This document shows positions 13,736-26,398 of a stretch of DNA of 64,000 nt, piece after piece. Under the pieces are notes generated by a model, which saw nothing but the letters and a program-made list of their open reading frames with translations, did not search any database and had not been told where the DNA came from. The DNA lies in the NCBI RefSeq assembly GCF_004010195.1, contig NC_057752.1, forward strand, positions 603,908-667,907. Reading direction: 5' to 3'. The translations under genes and the position numbers were made by a program. The DNA comes from Chiloscyllium plagiosum (Eukaryota). Every line of letters starts with the position of its first letter. Within the stretch, counting starts at the first letter, position 1.

Positions 13736-15190
13736 TCATAGAATCATAGAGACGTGCAGCATAGAAACAGACTCTTCGGTCCAACCCATCCACACCAACC
13801 AGATATCCCAACCCAATCAAGTTCCACCTGCCAGCACCCAGCCCATATCCCTCCAAACTCTTCCTATTCATATACACATCCAAATGACTCTTAAATGTTG
13901 CAATTGTACCAGCCTCTACCATTCCCTCTGGCTGCTCATTCCAGACATGTACCACCCTCTATGTGGAAAAAGTTGCCCTGTAGGTCTCTTTTATATCTTT
14001 CCCCTCACCCTAAACCTATGCCCTCTAGTTATGGACACCCCTACTCCAGGGAAAAGACTTTGCTTATTTACCCTATCCGTGCCCCTCATAATTTTGTAAA
14101 CCTCTATAAGGTCACCCCTCAGCCTCCGACACTCCATGGAAAACATCCCCAGCCTTTTCAGCCTCTCTCTATAGCTCAAATCCTCTAACCCTGGCAACAT
14201 CCTTGTAAATCTTTTCTGAACCCTTTCAAGTTTCACAACATCTTTCCAATAGGAAGGAGACCAGAATTGCACGCAGTATTCCAATAGTGGCCTAACCAAT
14301 NNNNNNNNNNNNNNNNNNNNNNNNNNNNNNNNNNNNNNNNNNNNNNNNNNNNNNNNNNNNNNNNNNNNNNNNNNNNNNNNNNNNNNNNNNNNNNNNNNNN
14401 NNNNNNNNNNNNNNNNNNNNNNNNNNNNNNNNNNNNNNNNGTAATCTGAGGTAACCCTCTTCGCTGTCCACTACACCTCCAATTTTGGTGTCACCTGCAA
14501 ACTTACTAACTGTACCTCTTATGCTCGCATCCAAATCATTTATATAAATGACATAAAGTAGAGGGCCCAGCACCAACACTTGAGGCACTCCATTGGTCAC
14601 AGGCCTCCAGTCTGAAAAACAACCCTCCACCACCACTCTGTCTTCTACCTTTGAGCCAGTTCTGTACCCAAATGGCTAGTTCTCCCTGTATTCCATGAGA
14701 TCTAACCTTGCTAACCAGTCTCCCATGGGGAACCTTGTTGAACGCCTTACTGAGTCCATATAGATCACATCTACCACTCTGCCCTCATCAATCTTCTTTG
14801 TTACTTCTTTAAAAAACTCAAATCAAGTTTGTGAGACATGATTTCCCACGCACAAAGCTATGTTGACTATCCCTAATCAGTCCTTGCCTTTCCAAATACA
14901 TGTGTCCCTCAGGAATCCCTCCAACAACTTGCCCACCACAGACATCAGGCTCACTGGTCTATAGTTCCCTGACTTGTCCTTACAACCCTTCTTAAACAGT
15001 GGTACCACGTTAGCCAACCTCCAGGATTCCAGCACCTCACTTGTATCGATGAAAGAAAATGTCGGCAAGAGGCCCAGCAATCACTTCTCTAGCTTCCCAC
15101 AGATTCTCTGGTACACCTGATCAGGTCCTGGGGATTTATCCACCTTTACGCATTCAAGACATCCTGCACTTCCTCCTCTGTGATCTGGAC
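13736..15190 (-). mobile_element. CR1 LINE (younger subfamily) spanning the gap
   Basis: ANVVPLFKKG..NYRPVSL, GVPQ..LGPLL and RPLLEYCVQFWSP peptides; 3' tail. Confidence 0.92.
14301..14440. other. Assembly gap (140 N) inside a CR1 LINE
   Basis: Run of N flanked on both sides by CR1 RT sequence. Confidence 0.99.
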
Positions 15191-15464
15191 ATTTTGCATC
15201 CTACACTGACTTTTCAAATGAGCATTATTACTTTGTGCCAATGTCTTCCTTTCTCTTTATTTCTATGTAAATAATCATCCAATGCCCTTTTTAATGCCCC
15301 AATTGAACTTGCCTCCATCACAGGCAGTGCATTCCATACCCTTATACTTGGGGGGGGGGGGGGGAGGAGGAGAAGAGAGGAGAGAAATAACTGTTCTCTC
15401 ATTTGCCCCTTTTTGCAAATCACTAAATCTAGTGACTCTTGTTCCTTTCACGAACAGTTTCTCC

Positions 15465-16040
15465 CTCAAAAATAAAACAAATTACTGGAGAAACTCGAGA
15501 GGTCCAGGCAGCATCTATTGAGAGAAAACATAGCTACTTTCAATTTAGTTAACTAACAAACGTATATGCTGATGATGGAGGGAAAAGGGGTGAGTAAATC
15601 TGTGGAGAGGAGAAGAAATAGGATAACTAGATCAAAGGTTTGTTGGTAGTTAGCCAGAAGTGAAGCTTTTAAACAAATTGTGGATGCTGGAAATCCGAAA
15701 CAAAAATAGAAAATGCTGGGAAAAAACTCTTCCGTTCTCCCAGTTTTGCCATCTCCACTGCATCTGTTCTGATGATTCCAGCTTCTGCAAGGGGGTCTCT
15801 GAAGTCTCCACCTTCTTCCTCAATCAAGTATTCCCCACCACTATTGTTGATGGAGGCCCTCATCTGCAGTTTAGCCCTTGCCCCTTCTCTTCCCTCCCAC
15901 AACAGAAATAGGGGCGCCATGGTTTTCACTTGCTTACCACTTCACTGGCATCCACATCCAAAGCATTATTAACTGTCATATCCACCATCTCCAGGGATGC
16001 CACCACCAGAGACCTATCCCTCTCCCCTTCTCCAGGGATT
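15465..16040. mobile_element. Penelope-like element remnants
   Basis: PLE RT-thumb-like peptide LPFSQFCHLHCICSDD..STFFLNQVFP on +, plus terminal-repeat-like pieces (gatgctggaaatc..). Confidence 0.6.
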
Positions 16041-18681
16041 TCTGTTAGTTTCAGATTGCCAGCATTTGCAGTTCTATAAAATAGAAATTTCTCCTTTTTG
16101 CCTTTAGCCTGTTCAAACTTTTGAAAACCTATTAAATCTCCTGTCAGCTGCCTCCTCTCCAAAGAGAGCAGCTGGAATTTCTTCAATCTATCCTCAGCTT
16201 GAGACCGTTCTTGTAAACCACTTCTGTGTATACTCCTATAATGTGGCACCCAGAATGATATACAATATGCTAGGAAGGACTCCTCTTCAAGAAAGTTGGG
16301 TGTCAAATGTGCTTGTGTTCAAGTCAAAGGTTTACTGCACACAGATGTCATGTTGTAAAAGAAAAGCTTGATTTTGTAATACAAGCTAGATGACTGTCCA
16401 AAACCATGTCAATAAGTAGAGAGATGGTATTCATTATTTTCTGTTCTATTATGTTAATTATTCAGCACATTAAACTGATATCAATGCAGCCTTAAGTTGT
16501 GATCAGTGACACTGTTTGGGATTAGCTGAATTTACATGCCACTTACTTCAAGGTTTGTGTTGCCTTCCGTTTCCGTGCCTAAGGAGTGCATCATTGAGCT
16601 TTTCCCCCTACCAATTTAATAGTAATTCAGGAATATAACCAACCTGTGTCCACAGTTCTGAATGCCTAGTGCCACTAAATAGTTACAGAAGGAGCCAGTC
16701 ATTGTCCTCTTCTAATACTTGGCTTGTTTCTCATTGCAATCCTGTTATATTTCAAACTATTAATCCTGAGCACTCATTTTAGTGCTTCCAAGTACCTTAG
16801 TTGGTCAGTGCTACTCTGAGCTACTGTTAGTCCCAAATGTTGCTGCTCAGCCAAAAAGAGGGGGAAAGCATAGTACTTTAGACTTTCTTCCTAGGGTGAC
16901 TTTTTTTTTGTTTCTCTTGCGGTTTTCTTTTGGCCTTGCCTTTTCCTCCTCTTCCATCTGGCAATTGTGCTTAGTGGCACTATAAATACTTACTTGTATT
17001 TATATAGCACTTGTGATAGGATGATAATATTCGAGGAGTCCGATTTGCTGCGGTAGCATAGACGTTTTACCTGTCATACACTAAAGCTGTAGCTAGGAAG
17101 TAAATGATGCAACGTTCACCATCAGTGGACTGATCAGACATCTCTCCTTACTGCCTACAATTGGCATTTGTTGGAAGAGTTTGCATATTGATAATCAACC
17201 TGTTTAGTGAAGTTAAGAGTACACCTTTCGTTTTTAAGCCCTGGAATGGAACTTGTACCTGGAGCTTCTTCAAAGACAGGGCTGCTACCCCTGTGGGACA
17301 AGACTTCATATTAAGTACTATACATAGCAGAAATAAAATGCACTTTAGCATATTCAAATCTCATTGACCATTATCATTTTGACATCAAAGAGCTGCCATG
17401 TTGCAATCATATTCAACCACCTATGATCTTCTCTATTACACTTTGTAGACTTTTAAAACAATTATTCTCATTGTATCCAGCCACCTCTGATTGGCCAGAC
17501 ATACTGGATTGGTGGCATGTGTTGGAACACATACTGTGTACGTGGTCGATGTTAACATGGAAGGCAGGAGAAAGTGATAATGGCACAAAGGAAATGTGAT
17601 CAGGCCAAGTAATGAAAGAATACAGGTCCAGTAGAAGGTGCACTGGGAAAAGCAGAGTCTACATCATCTGCTCTCAAAGTAAAAAGGTTATGCCTGAAAT
17701 ATGACAATGTTGAATTCAGAAGGCTGTGATAAAAGTTAATCTTGCACTTCTGAAGAAAGAGTAACTGCTCCACTTGCACTGGGGAAAATTGCCCTCGGTG
17801 AAGAACAGTAACCCAATTGAGAATTTACAAATATGGTAATTATGGTTCCCAATGTTACATGTACATTTAAGCCTGAGGACTGGTACAGGGTGGAAGTATG
17901 CACTAGCCTACAGTAGATTGAATTCAAAAGCCATATAAATAAATTGGAGAGAAAAACTGAATTTTTTTCCAGTATTACCATTTGTGCATTCAAGTGTTTG
18001 GATTAGTGGAGAGTTGCAGTTAATATTTTTCAAGACTTATTTAGCTGTATGTTTGTAGGGGAGGAGAGTGGGAGTGGGGGAGAGAAAAGAGGGAAGAGAA
18101 ACATAGGAAACCTGTGCACATTTACATTTCTGGATGCAAGTTGCCTGCTTCTGGAATGAAGTTAGCTTATACAGCCTTTGTTCACACTGAACATGGGCTT
18201 TCTTGGTTAGTCAAACATTTTTGGTTTAATGTGGTTTTTCAGTTTCCCTTTTAGAGAATGGGAGACTGACGAGTCAGCACCCACTTCCTGCCATTTACCA
18301 TAGAATGCAACTTTACCAATCTGTTTCATTAGAAGAGAAATAAAATATAACATTAGCATCACTTTGTAACAAAACAGCTTTACCATGAAACTGGAGCATC
18401 ATATACACCAATTAAAGCATGTTTAGCGATAATTGTGAAGTGTATTTCTTAGAACTTCTAGCAGAACTAGATACTCCTGTTTATTTCTAATCTTGTTTTC
18501 TATTTTAATAGCAAGCTTCCTTGAACTTCCTCGTCAGAGTTTAATTGAACCATAATCTAATCTCATGTTTTCCTTCTTGCTGGGACTCCTTCAAAACATT
18601 CCCATGGGAAGATTCCAGCTTTGGTTTACACCTCACAACGCAAGTAGGGTAAAGAACTCTGAATTTGTACTTTTGTTAGGT

Positions 18682-19070
18682 AAAAACAAGGACTGCAGAT
18701 GCTGGAAACCAGATTCTAGATTAGAGTAGTGCTGGAAAAGCAGCAGTTCAGGCAGCAACTGAGGAGCAGGAAAATTTACGTTTTGGGCAAAAGCCCTTCA
18801 TCAGGAATACAGGCAGAGTGCCTGCAGGGTGGAGAGATAAATGAGGAGGGTGGGGGTGAAGGTGATAGGTCAGAGAGGAGGGTGGAGTGGATAGGTGGAA
18901 AGGAAGGTTCTTCCTCCAGGCGTCTGGTGGTGAGGGAGCGGCGGTGAAGAAGGCCCAGGACCTCCGTGTCCTCGGCAGAGTGGGAGGGGGAGTTGAAATG
19001 TTGGGCCACAGGGCAGTGTTGTTGATTGGTGCGGGTGTCCTAGAGATGTTCCCTAAAGCGCTCTGCTAGA
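18682..19070 (-). mobile_element. Penelope-like element 3' end (GIY-YIG C-terminus and pLTR with decayed hammerhead)
   Basis: Peptide AQHFNSPSHSAEDTEVLGL..RRLEEE; ttcCTGATGAAGGGCTTTTGCCCaAAACGT on -. Confidence 0.8.
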
Positions 19071-22000
19071 GCTCGTTACCCCACGTTGTGATAATGCTAA
19101 TTGCTACATTTTTTTTATTATTATTGGTGAATTAAAGCATTTCTTGCAGAAATATCTTTCCTCAATTTTATACAATAAAACATTGTCATTTACCTGGTGA
19201 TCCTGTAAAATCCAGATTATGCTGAAATAGCAAACCAGACTTTCATTGATTAGAATCTACCCAAGAGTTTCCCTTAAGGGCTTTATAGTTTGCCACTATT
19301 ATTTAAAATAAAAGAGAGTTGTCCATATTTCAGAAAGACTTATTCAGGTTGTTGGTACCATTACAAATTTTGCAATGAACAATATGTAATATTTTAAATT
19401 CAAAGACAAAGGACAAGGCCAGAGGAGTTCCACTACCAAGAGATTTCAGCCACCAAGGTACCATACACATTTGATCCTGCCCACTTTTCCAGAAGCACTG
19501 GGCCAGAATTCGACGGACATAGCAAGATTCACATTTTCCTGTTTGAGAACCTCTAGCCTGGCACATACTAGGTCTACTAACTAGACAGCCTAAACTTCAA
19601 GTTGCCTCCACTTTCTAAATCCACTTTTACTGCAGCCCACACCATGCCAACTTATTGCCAACATAAAAAAAAAGTCAGGACATCATTTAAATGATTTACT
19701 CATGGAATGAGAGTGTCATTGGTTAGTCCAACATTTATTGCCCAGAGTCAGCCAAACCTAGTAGAGATGGCCGATTTTCTTCCCCAAAGAAAGGACAATT
19801 GTTGTTAAAAACCATCTGGTTCACAATCAACAGCAGTTCCATGGTCACCATCAGGCTATTTTTTTTTTATTGAATTAAGAACTCCATCTCTTTCATGCCT
19901 TTTTGCTGGATTCTCTCCAGCATTCAAGTGCATTCAATTAAAATCAGTACACGGAACTGTAAGTTCACTGTGGTGATGAGCCCAAAGTGCCATGAGCAAA
20001 GTTTGCTTGAATCGCAAACACATTGCTAAAGCTCAATTTAACGTGGAAAACCATTAAGAAATAGACAGCCCAGCTCTACGAATGGGGCAGATATAGACTT
20101 GATTCCCACATCAGCGTACATTTGAGTCTCAAGTAAACACCTCTTTCCTTAGTTTCACTTTGAAACTTTTCTATTCAAATCTTAAAAAAAAATTAACTTA
20201 GCAATGTATAGTGAACATTTAGCGGAGGTGCAAGCTCAGTTTCAGAAAATAGTCTGACAACAGTGAACTGTTCAAAGAATTTAATGTATAATTTCATGAC
20301 TAAAACAGTACAGAATACCCATGAAGATACAGAATATTTCATGCAATTTGTACACAACATCCTGAATAAAGGATTAGCAATTATTCCAAGTTTGGCTTAA
20401 TTTAAGTGATTTATTGCCAATCTCTAGGTGCACTGGATAATGGTGGCCTGCCTTCTTGAACTGCTGCATGTAGCACCATGTGTTGAGGTTAGCCACAGCC
20501 AAGATCAAAGTATTAGAGGCCTGATCAAGGAATGTAGGTTTCTGTCCTTAAGACATTAGTGAACCATTTAAAAAAAAACTCAGTCTGATATCTTTGCACT
20601 CACGTTTACTGGAGGTCTTTTAAAATAAAAAGCTAAATTCAGATTCTCTACAACTATTATGGTGCGATTATTAGCCCAAGCTTCAAGATTACCAATTCAG
20701 TTACATAACTGCTACATTACTGTAACGATTACTGAATGTATAAGTAAATTAAGGGAGTATTAACATTTTCTTCCATAAAATTAAACAAAGAACATTTAAA
20801 TAACTTGGTAAGAGGCCAATTAGGTAATTTCTAAACAGCATGTACGAATGTATACTCCACATCCATCATCACACATTATTTCAAACTTTTAATCCATGAG
20901 AGAATCCACTTTACAAACAGTTTAGCTGCCTCAGTGAAAAGGAAAATTGAAAACATTCACCAAGGTGTTTATTTTTAACCAAAAAAAAACTAATAGAATT
21001 AAAGCTTACCTATGTTAATTGAAGGGATTTAGAAATGTTAAGTTTGGCAATTGCATTTCTCTAGTTGTGTGTCGATACTGTTCACATAAATTGGTGGCAT
21101 ATCATAAAAGAGGTGTAGGCAACGGACATTTCTCAACCAGGATTTTGGATGAGGTGATCATATTTATTAGCTTGGTTAAAGTACAATATAGAATCCCTAT
21201 AATACTGATGCTGCAATTTGTTCATAACTCAAGAAGAGTCCTCCATCACCTTGCATTCTAATTTGGTACGGAGCATTGGTCTTTACTACAGGAAAAGCAG
21301 AAATGTGGGCTTAACTTTCAGCACTGTGATCCTGGATATACAAAATCAGACATGGTTCCAACACATCTTTAGAATGCTTCTTTAAACAATTAGGAAGAAC
21401 AACAAAAGACTGGAAGTATTATGGTACATCACATTACAGCGGTATTGACTTAACTATTTTAAACACCAAAGCCAGACAATTATATGGATTAGTCTTATGA
21501 CAGGTAGTTTGAACCAAGTCTTAGGCAAAAAAAAGCTTTTGACTCTTCAATATTTTTCTCCCTCCTACTCACCCTGACCCTAATTCAAAGGCATTCTGCT
21601 GAATTGTAGTTGCCAGATAGGGTGGAGCTACAAATCTAATGACTATCCCATAGGAAGTCGGAAGAGTAGCGCAACTCCCAGACTGGGCAGAATGTCAATC
21701 ATGCCCCTTGCCATTGCCTAGAGTAAAGTGGAAACTTAGCTTCTGTTTTAATGTGCAGCCAAAGACATGGAACTTGTGTACAAACAAAACTTCAGCAAAC
21801 ATGTTCACTTCCAAAGTTGCAGCAATACGGAAGATAGGCATCTACTGAGAATTTGAAATCAGTACAGCTCCACCTCCTCATTCTGCTATTGCAAATTAAA
21901 ATAAAAATTAAAACCAAGTTTAAACTCTGATAAAGGGATCCTTGTAAAATTAAAAAGGCGTGATCAATTAAAACATTTATTTAAAAAGGAGTTTCTCTCC

Positions 22001-22446
22001 TGCCCCCAATTAGCAAGTCTAAAATCTGGGTAAACATTAATAGTAGCTGTAATGATGCATTATTACCCTGACATATAACTATATCATAAACAAACAGCAT
22101 GTTCTGGACAAATTTTTAAAAATTGTATCAACATTTTGCACATTTTTCAAGTTCTGGTTCTTATACTCAAACATTGTCACACAACCAGGGACTTCACATC
22201 AAGGACGAAGCGTACAGTTAGTACAACCCAAACGTCACAATCTCATCAGCAGTGGCATCATGATAATTCAAAGAGAGTCTGGCTAGTTTGCTCCATCCCA
22301 TCATGCATTAGTGAAGGTAAGCAGACAATCCTCTTCTGTCTTCCATATACATATGAGCTTTGATGAAAATAATCCCTGGGAAAATTTTTTTGACTAGCAG
22401 CTAGAGGATACAATGGTCATGACAGTGCAGAGAAAAGGTGAAAGTT

Positions 22447-22521
22447 CTACAAAAAGGCACTAGGGTTTGCTCGAGGGTCTTTCTGGTTCCTAAAACGCAT
22501 TGCTAGCCAAACTCCAAGGAT
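22447..22521 (-). CDS. TSPAN31: Tetraspanin-31 last coding exon ([24 protein letters not shown])
   Basis: Acceptor ccccAG; 75 nt ending TAG. The C-terminus matches human TSPAN31 as recalled. Confidence 0.95.
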   Translation of the reverse strand: MLGVWLAMRFRNQKDPRANPSAFL

Positions 22522-22808
22522 CTGGGGTTGGGGGAACAAAGAAGGAACATTAGTGTACTGATATCTTCCACCTACCTTTCATTCTTGCTGACTGGCATGT
22601 TAAATCAAAACACAAATAATACACTGAATATTGATGTCAGAAGACAATATTGGAGAAAGCATACACAAAGAACAATTAACAACCAACAGCAATTATTTCA
22701 CAGTAAACAGATTACTGGGTTCAGATCATATCAAAGTTTAAACACCAATCAATCACCCACAGCTTGAAAATGAGAAGTTAGAGAACCTATAATTCAGTTA
22801 TTTTTGCA

Positions 22809-23308
22809 NNNNNNNNNNNNNNNNNNNNNNNNNNNNNNNNNNNNNNNNNNNNNNNNNNNNNNNNNNNNNNNNNNNNNNNNNNNNNNNNNNNNNNNNNNNN
22901 NNNNNNNNNNNNNNNNNNNNNNNNNNNNNNNNNNNNNNNNNNNNNNNNNNNNNNNNNNNNNNNNNNNNNNNNNNNNNNNNNNNNNNNNNNNNNNNNNNNN
23001 NNNNNNNNNNNNNNNNNNNNNNNNNNNNNNNNNNNNNNNNNNNNNNNNNNNNNNNNNNNNNNNNNNNNNNNNNNNNNNNNNNNNNNNNNNNNNNNNNNNN
23101 NNNNNNNNNNNNNNNNNNNNNNNNNNNNNNNNNNNNNNNNNNNNNNNNNNNNNNNNNNNNNNNNNNNNNNNNNNNNNNNNNNNNNNNNNNNNNNNNNNNN
23201 NNNNNNNNNNNNNNNNNNNNNNNNNNNNNNNNNNNNNNNNNNNNNNNNNNNNNNNNNNNNNNNNNNNNNNNNNNNNNNNNNNNNNNNNNNNNNNNNNNNN
23301 NNNNNNNN
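22809..23308. other. Assembly gap (500 N) inside TSPAN31
   Basis: Run of N between exon 3 and the last exon. Confidence 0.99.
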
Positions 23309-23435
23309 AAAATCACAACACCAGGTTATAGTCCAACAGGTTTATTTGGAAGCACTAGCTTTTGGAGCTGCTTCTTCATCAGATGGTCACCACAACCACC
23401 AGATGAAGGAACAGCGCTCAAAGCTAGTGCTCACA
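23309..23435. mobile_element. Short inverted Penelope pLTR fragment with decayed hammerheads
   Basis: Same family as 48690-48783, in a fold-back arrangement. Confidence 0.75.
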
Positions 23436-23569
23436 CTCCTGATTTGTGCCTTGAACAGGTTGTGAGGAGGCAGGTGAACCCCCACTCAGAATCCCAGCAT
23501 CTACCCTGCTGTTGTAACCATGGTATGTGTGTGGCTGGTCCAGTTTAGTTTTTTGTCAATTGTAATCCT

Positions 23570-24450
23570 CTGTGCAGGAGTCCCTCAAGGTAGTGAACTA
23601 AACCCAACCACATTCAGTTACTTCAATGACATTCCCTCCATCATGAGGTCAGAAGTGTGAATTTTCGACGATTGCACCATGTTCAGTGTCATTTGTGCAC
23701 CTTACTAACTGAAGCAATCCATGTTCAAATGCAGTATATGATATGAACAATAGCCAGCCATGGGCTAATAAATGGCAAATAACATTTGTATCATACAAGT
23801 GCCAAGCAATGACCACATCAAACCATTGTCCCTTGATATTTAATGGCATTACCATTGCTGAATCCCCTACTATCATCATCCTGAGAGTACCACTGACCAG
23901 AAATTGAAGTAGACAATCCATATAGTGGCTACAAGAGCAGGTCAGAGACTGGGAATTCTGTGATGTGTAACTAACCTCCTACCTCTCCAAAGCTTGTCCA
24001 CCATCTCCAAGGCACAAGTCAGGAGTATAATGGAATACTCCCCATTTGCCCGGATGAGTACAGCTCCAACAACATTCAAGTAGGGCTTGTGCCCTACTTT
24101 ATTAGCACCTCATCCAATACATGGTGGCAGCAGAGTGTACCATTCATAAGATGTACTGCAGTAACTCACCAAGGCTCTTCTGACAGCACCTTCCAAATCC
24201 ACAACCTCTACTACTGAGAAAGACAAGGTAGCAGGTGGATGGGAACACTGCCATACACCAAGTTCCCCCTTCAAGCTACACACCATCTGGACTCAGGACT
24301 ATATCATTGTCAATAGGTCGAAATCCTGGTTGTTCCTAGGATTTGCAGCAGTTCAAGGCAACTCACAACCACCTTCTCCAGGGAATTTAGCGATGTGAAA
24401 TAAACCCTAGTTTATGCAGTGACACTGACATCCCAATGAAAAATTGCAAC
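23570..24450 (+). mobile_element. CR1/L2-group LINE 3' part (second family)
   Basis: Homologous to the RT region at 45300-45790; 3' end near 24400. Confidence 0.8.
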
Positions 24451-24509
24451 AGGCTAGGCCTTTTCAAAGAGAAATCACAAAGCATTGGTAGTGATACAGC
24501 CAAGGGTAC

Positions 24510-24590
24510 CTGTTGACTTCGATTAAGAGCCAGGCATGAACAGGAGACTCCAAACTGAATTAAAAAGACCAGGAATAAAATAACCATGTA
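24510..24590 (-). CDS. TSPAN31: Tetraspanin-31 coding exon 3 ([27 protein letters not shown])
   Basis: Acceptor ttcactccAG; 81 nt; donor GTACCC. Matches the TSPAN31 TM3/SCSCLA motif. Confidence 0.95.
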
Positions 24591-24856
24591 CTGGAGTGAA
24601 AGCAAAGTCAAGGAAACAAGGTGGGAAAATTAATGAAAATAAAATTTACTGTAAAAATTGAGATGACAACATGCATTTTGTGAAGGTTTCTTTCTGATAT
24701 TTCCTTCAGGAGGCACTTTCCATTTATGAAGTGAACTGAATACTTGCCTGTTGTTTTCACTTTGTCGCAAAATCAAGTATACTCAGGTCAGACAGAATAT
24801 AGATTAACTGCAGGGCTTGAGCACTGGAGCTTTCACTACAGTGCTCCAGCATTGTA

Positions 24857-25053
24857 CAGGCTGTTCTGCTGGAATGTGAATTTGCTGTAATGCAATTGAC
24901 GAATTGGGGACACTTTCTAAAGTGCGGACTTTTAAAATGTGTGTTTGCTGTAATGTGATATCGCCAACACTAAGTACTGTTTCTAAAGTGTGATTTTTCT
25001 ATAACATGGGCTTGCACAAAAATGCAGCCATCGCATTATAGAAGAACTACCTG
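24857..25053. mobile_element. Tc1/mariner-pogo type MITE, second copy
   Basis: TA|CAGG...ACCTG|TA termini; internal sequence shared with 4581-4795. Confidence 0.75.
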
Positions 25054-25879
25054 TACTTTAAATCCAAACTGCTGGCTCCCCTCAACAACTGCAATACCAC
25101 CACTGCAATCTGTTACAGACGGAAAATAGACTTTAACATGCAGTGACATGGTGACTGAAGTGTGCCAGGGTCTGAGCTCTTCCTTTAAAAGCAATTTAAT
25201 ATTTATTCATGCACTTCATTAAGTAAACTGGTCCCTTAACTATATTCCCAAAGGTACAGCTTTAGCAGCAGGTTTTAATGTAAATATATTAATATCTCTC
25301 GGGAAAGAATATTGCAGCAAACAAGCACACTTGAGTAATTTGGCAGCAAGCATGAAATCATCTGAAATTGTTTCAATCAATGCAGCTCACAATACTTTCC
25401 CCATACATTGGCTTGCAAGGTGGCCACATACAATGAATATTTCACTCATTTCTTGCACCATACCACCAAAATCCGAACAAAGCTAGGGGTGGCAGCCATA
25501 CCATCAGTAGTACACTCTATCCCAGGGCATCTGTTTGATACTGAGAGAGTGCCTCTGACAAGGGCTTAAGAAACAACAGTTGCTTCCCAGTTTATTCATG
25601 CAGCACATGACTCACAAAAGCTGCTCCTGTCACGCAGCTCAGGATTACTGGTGTCAGAATAATCAGCCTGATTTTCAATTTGAATACAACCATGGTTCTT
25701 TTTGACACAAAGTGTAAAGCAAGAGTCAGTGCTAATCTTTTCAGTTATCCTTTAGATATTATCTCTGCATTTTACTTTTGCCACAGAAATGTACAGAATT
25801 AAGATCCTAATCACAGCCTAGGCCCTGCCTGTAAGTGGTGAGTACAGACTAGGCATCTCCACACGAGTCAGAAGCTAGG

Positions 25880-26065
25880 AGAAAGTGAGGACCGCAGATG
25901 TTGGAGATCAGAGTCGAGACAGTGTGGTGCTAGAAAAGCACAGCAGGTCAGACAGCATTCGAGGAGCAGGAGAATCGACGTTTTGGGCACAAGCCCTTCA
26001 TCAGGATTTCTGCATCCAGCAGGATGCTGCCAGACCTGCTGTGCTTTTCCAGCACCACACTCGTG
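25880..26065. mobile_element. Short fold-back Penelope pLTR insertion with a hammerhead motif
   Basis: Inverted arms (gtggtgctagaaaagcacagcaggtc / gacctgctgtgcttttccagcaccac); hammerhead at 25973-26008 on -. Confidence 0.8.
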
Positions 26066-26230
26066 AGTCAGAGAAGCAACAAAGATCACTTTTACTAAGC
26101 TTCTTGCAGGCAGTTCACTGTGGCAAAGACCTAGGAGTAGGACATCAATTTATCTGGCTAAAAATGGAAGAATATCTTAAGAGTCATTCCCAATTTGTTT
26201 TTAAAACCAAAAAAATCAGCAAAAGGATAC

Positions 26231-26398
26231 AAAGAACAGCATGACTTGATGGTGATTGACTGCTCCGATAAGTCCAACAACAGCAATGAGAAGCAGAAAG
26301 ACCCCCACAGCAATGACTCCACCAATGATGTTTATACTGGAAACAATGCCGTAACTTTTGCCCCATGCTGCTACTCCGATAAGTAAGAGTCCAACAAG
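26231..26398 (-). CDS. TSPAN31: Tetraspanin-31 coding exon 2 ([56 protein letters not shown])
   Basis: Acceptor tttctcttccAG; 168 nt phase 0-0 exon with transmembrane segments; donor GTATCCTTTT. Confidence 0.95.

Larger units (their letters stand above)
24591..26230 (-). other. TSPAN31: U12-type (minor spliceosome) GT-AG intron, TSPAN31 intron 2
   Basis: 5' splice site GTATCCTTTT (26230-26221) and branch point TTTCCTTGAC (24616-24607), with the branch A about 18 nt from the AG. Confidence 0.93.

Noticed and set aside
22798..23331. Long ORFs of 172 and 175 aa
   Set aside because: Artefacts of the N run.
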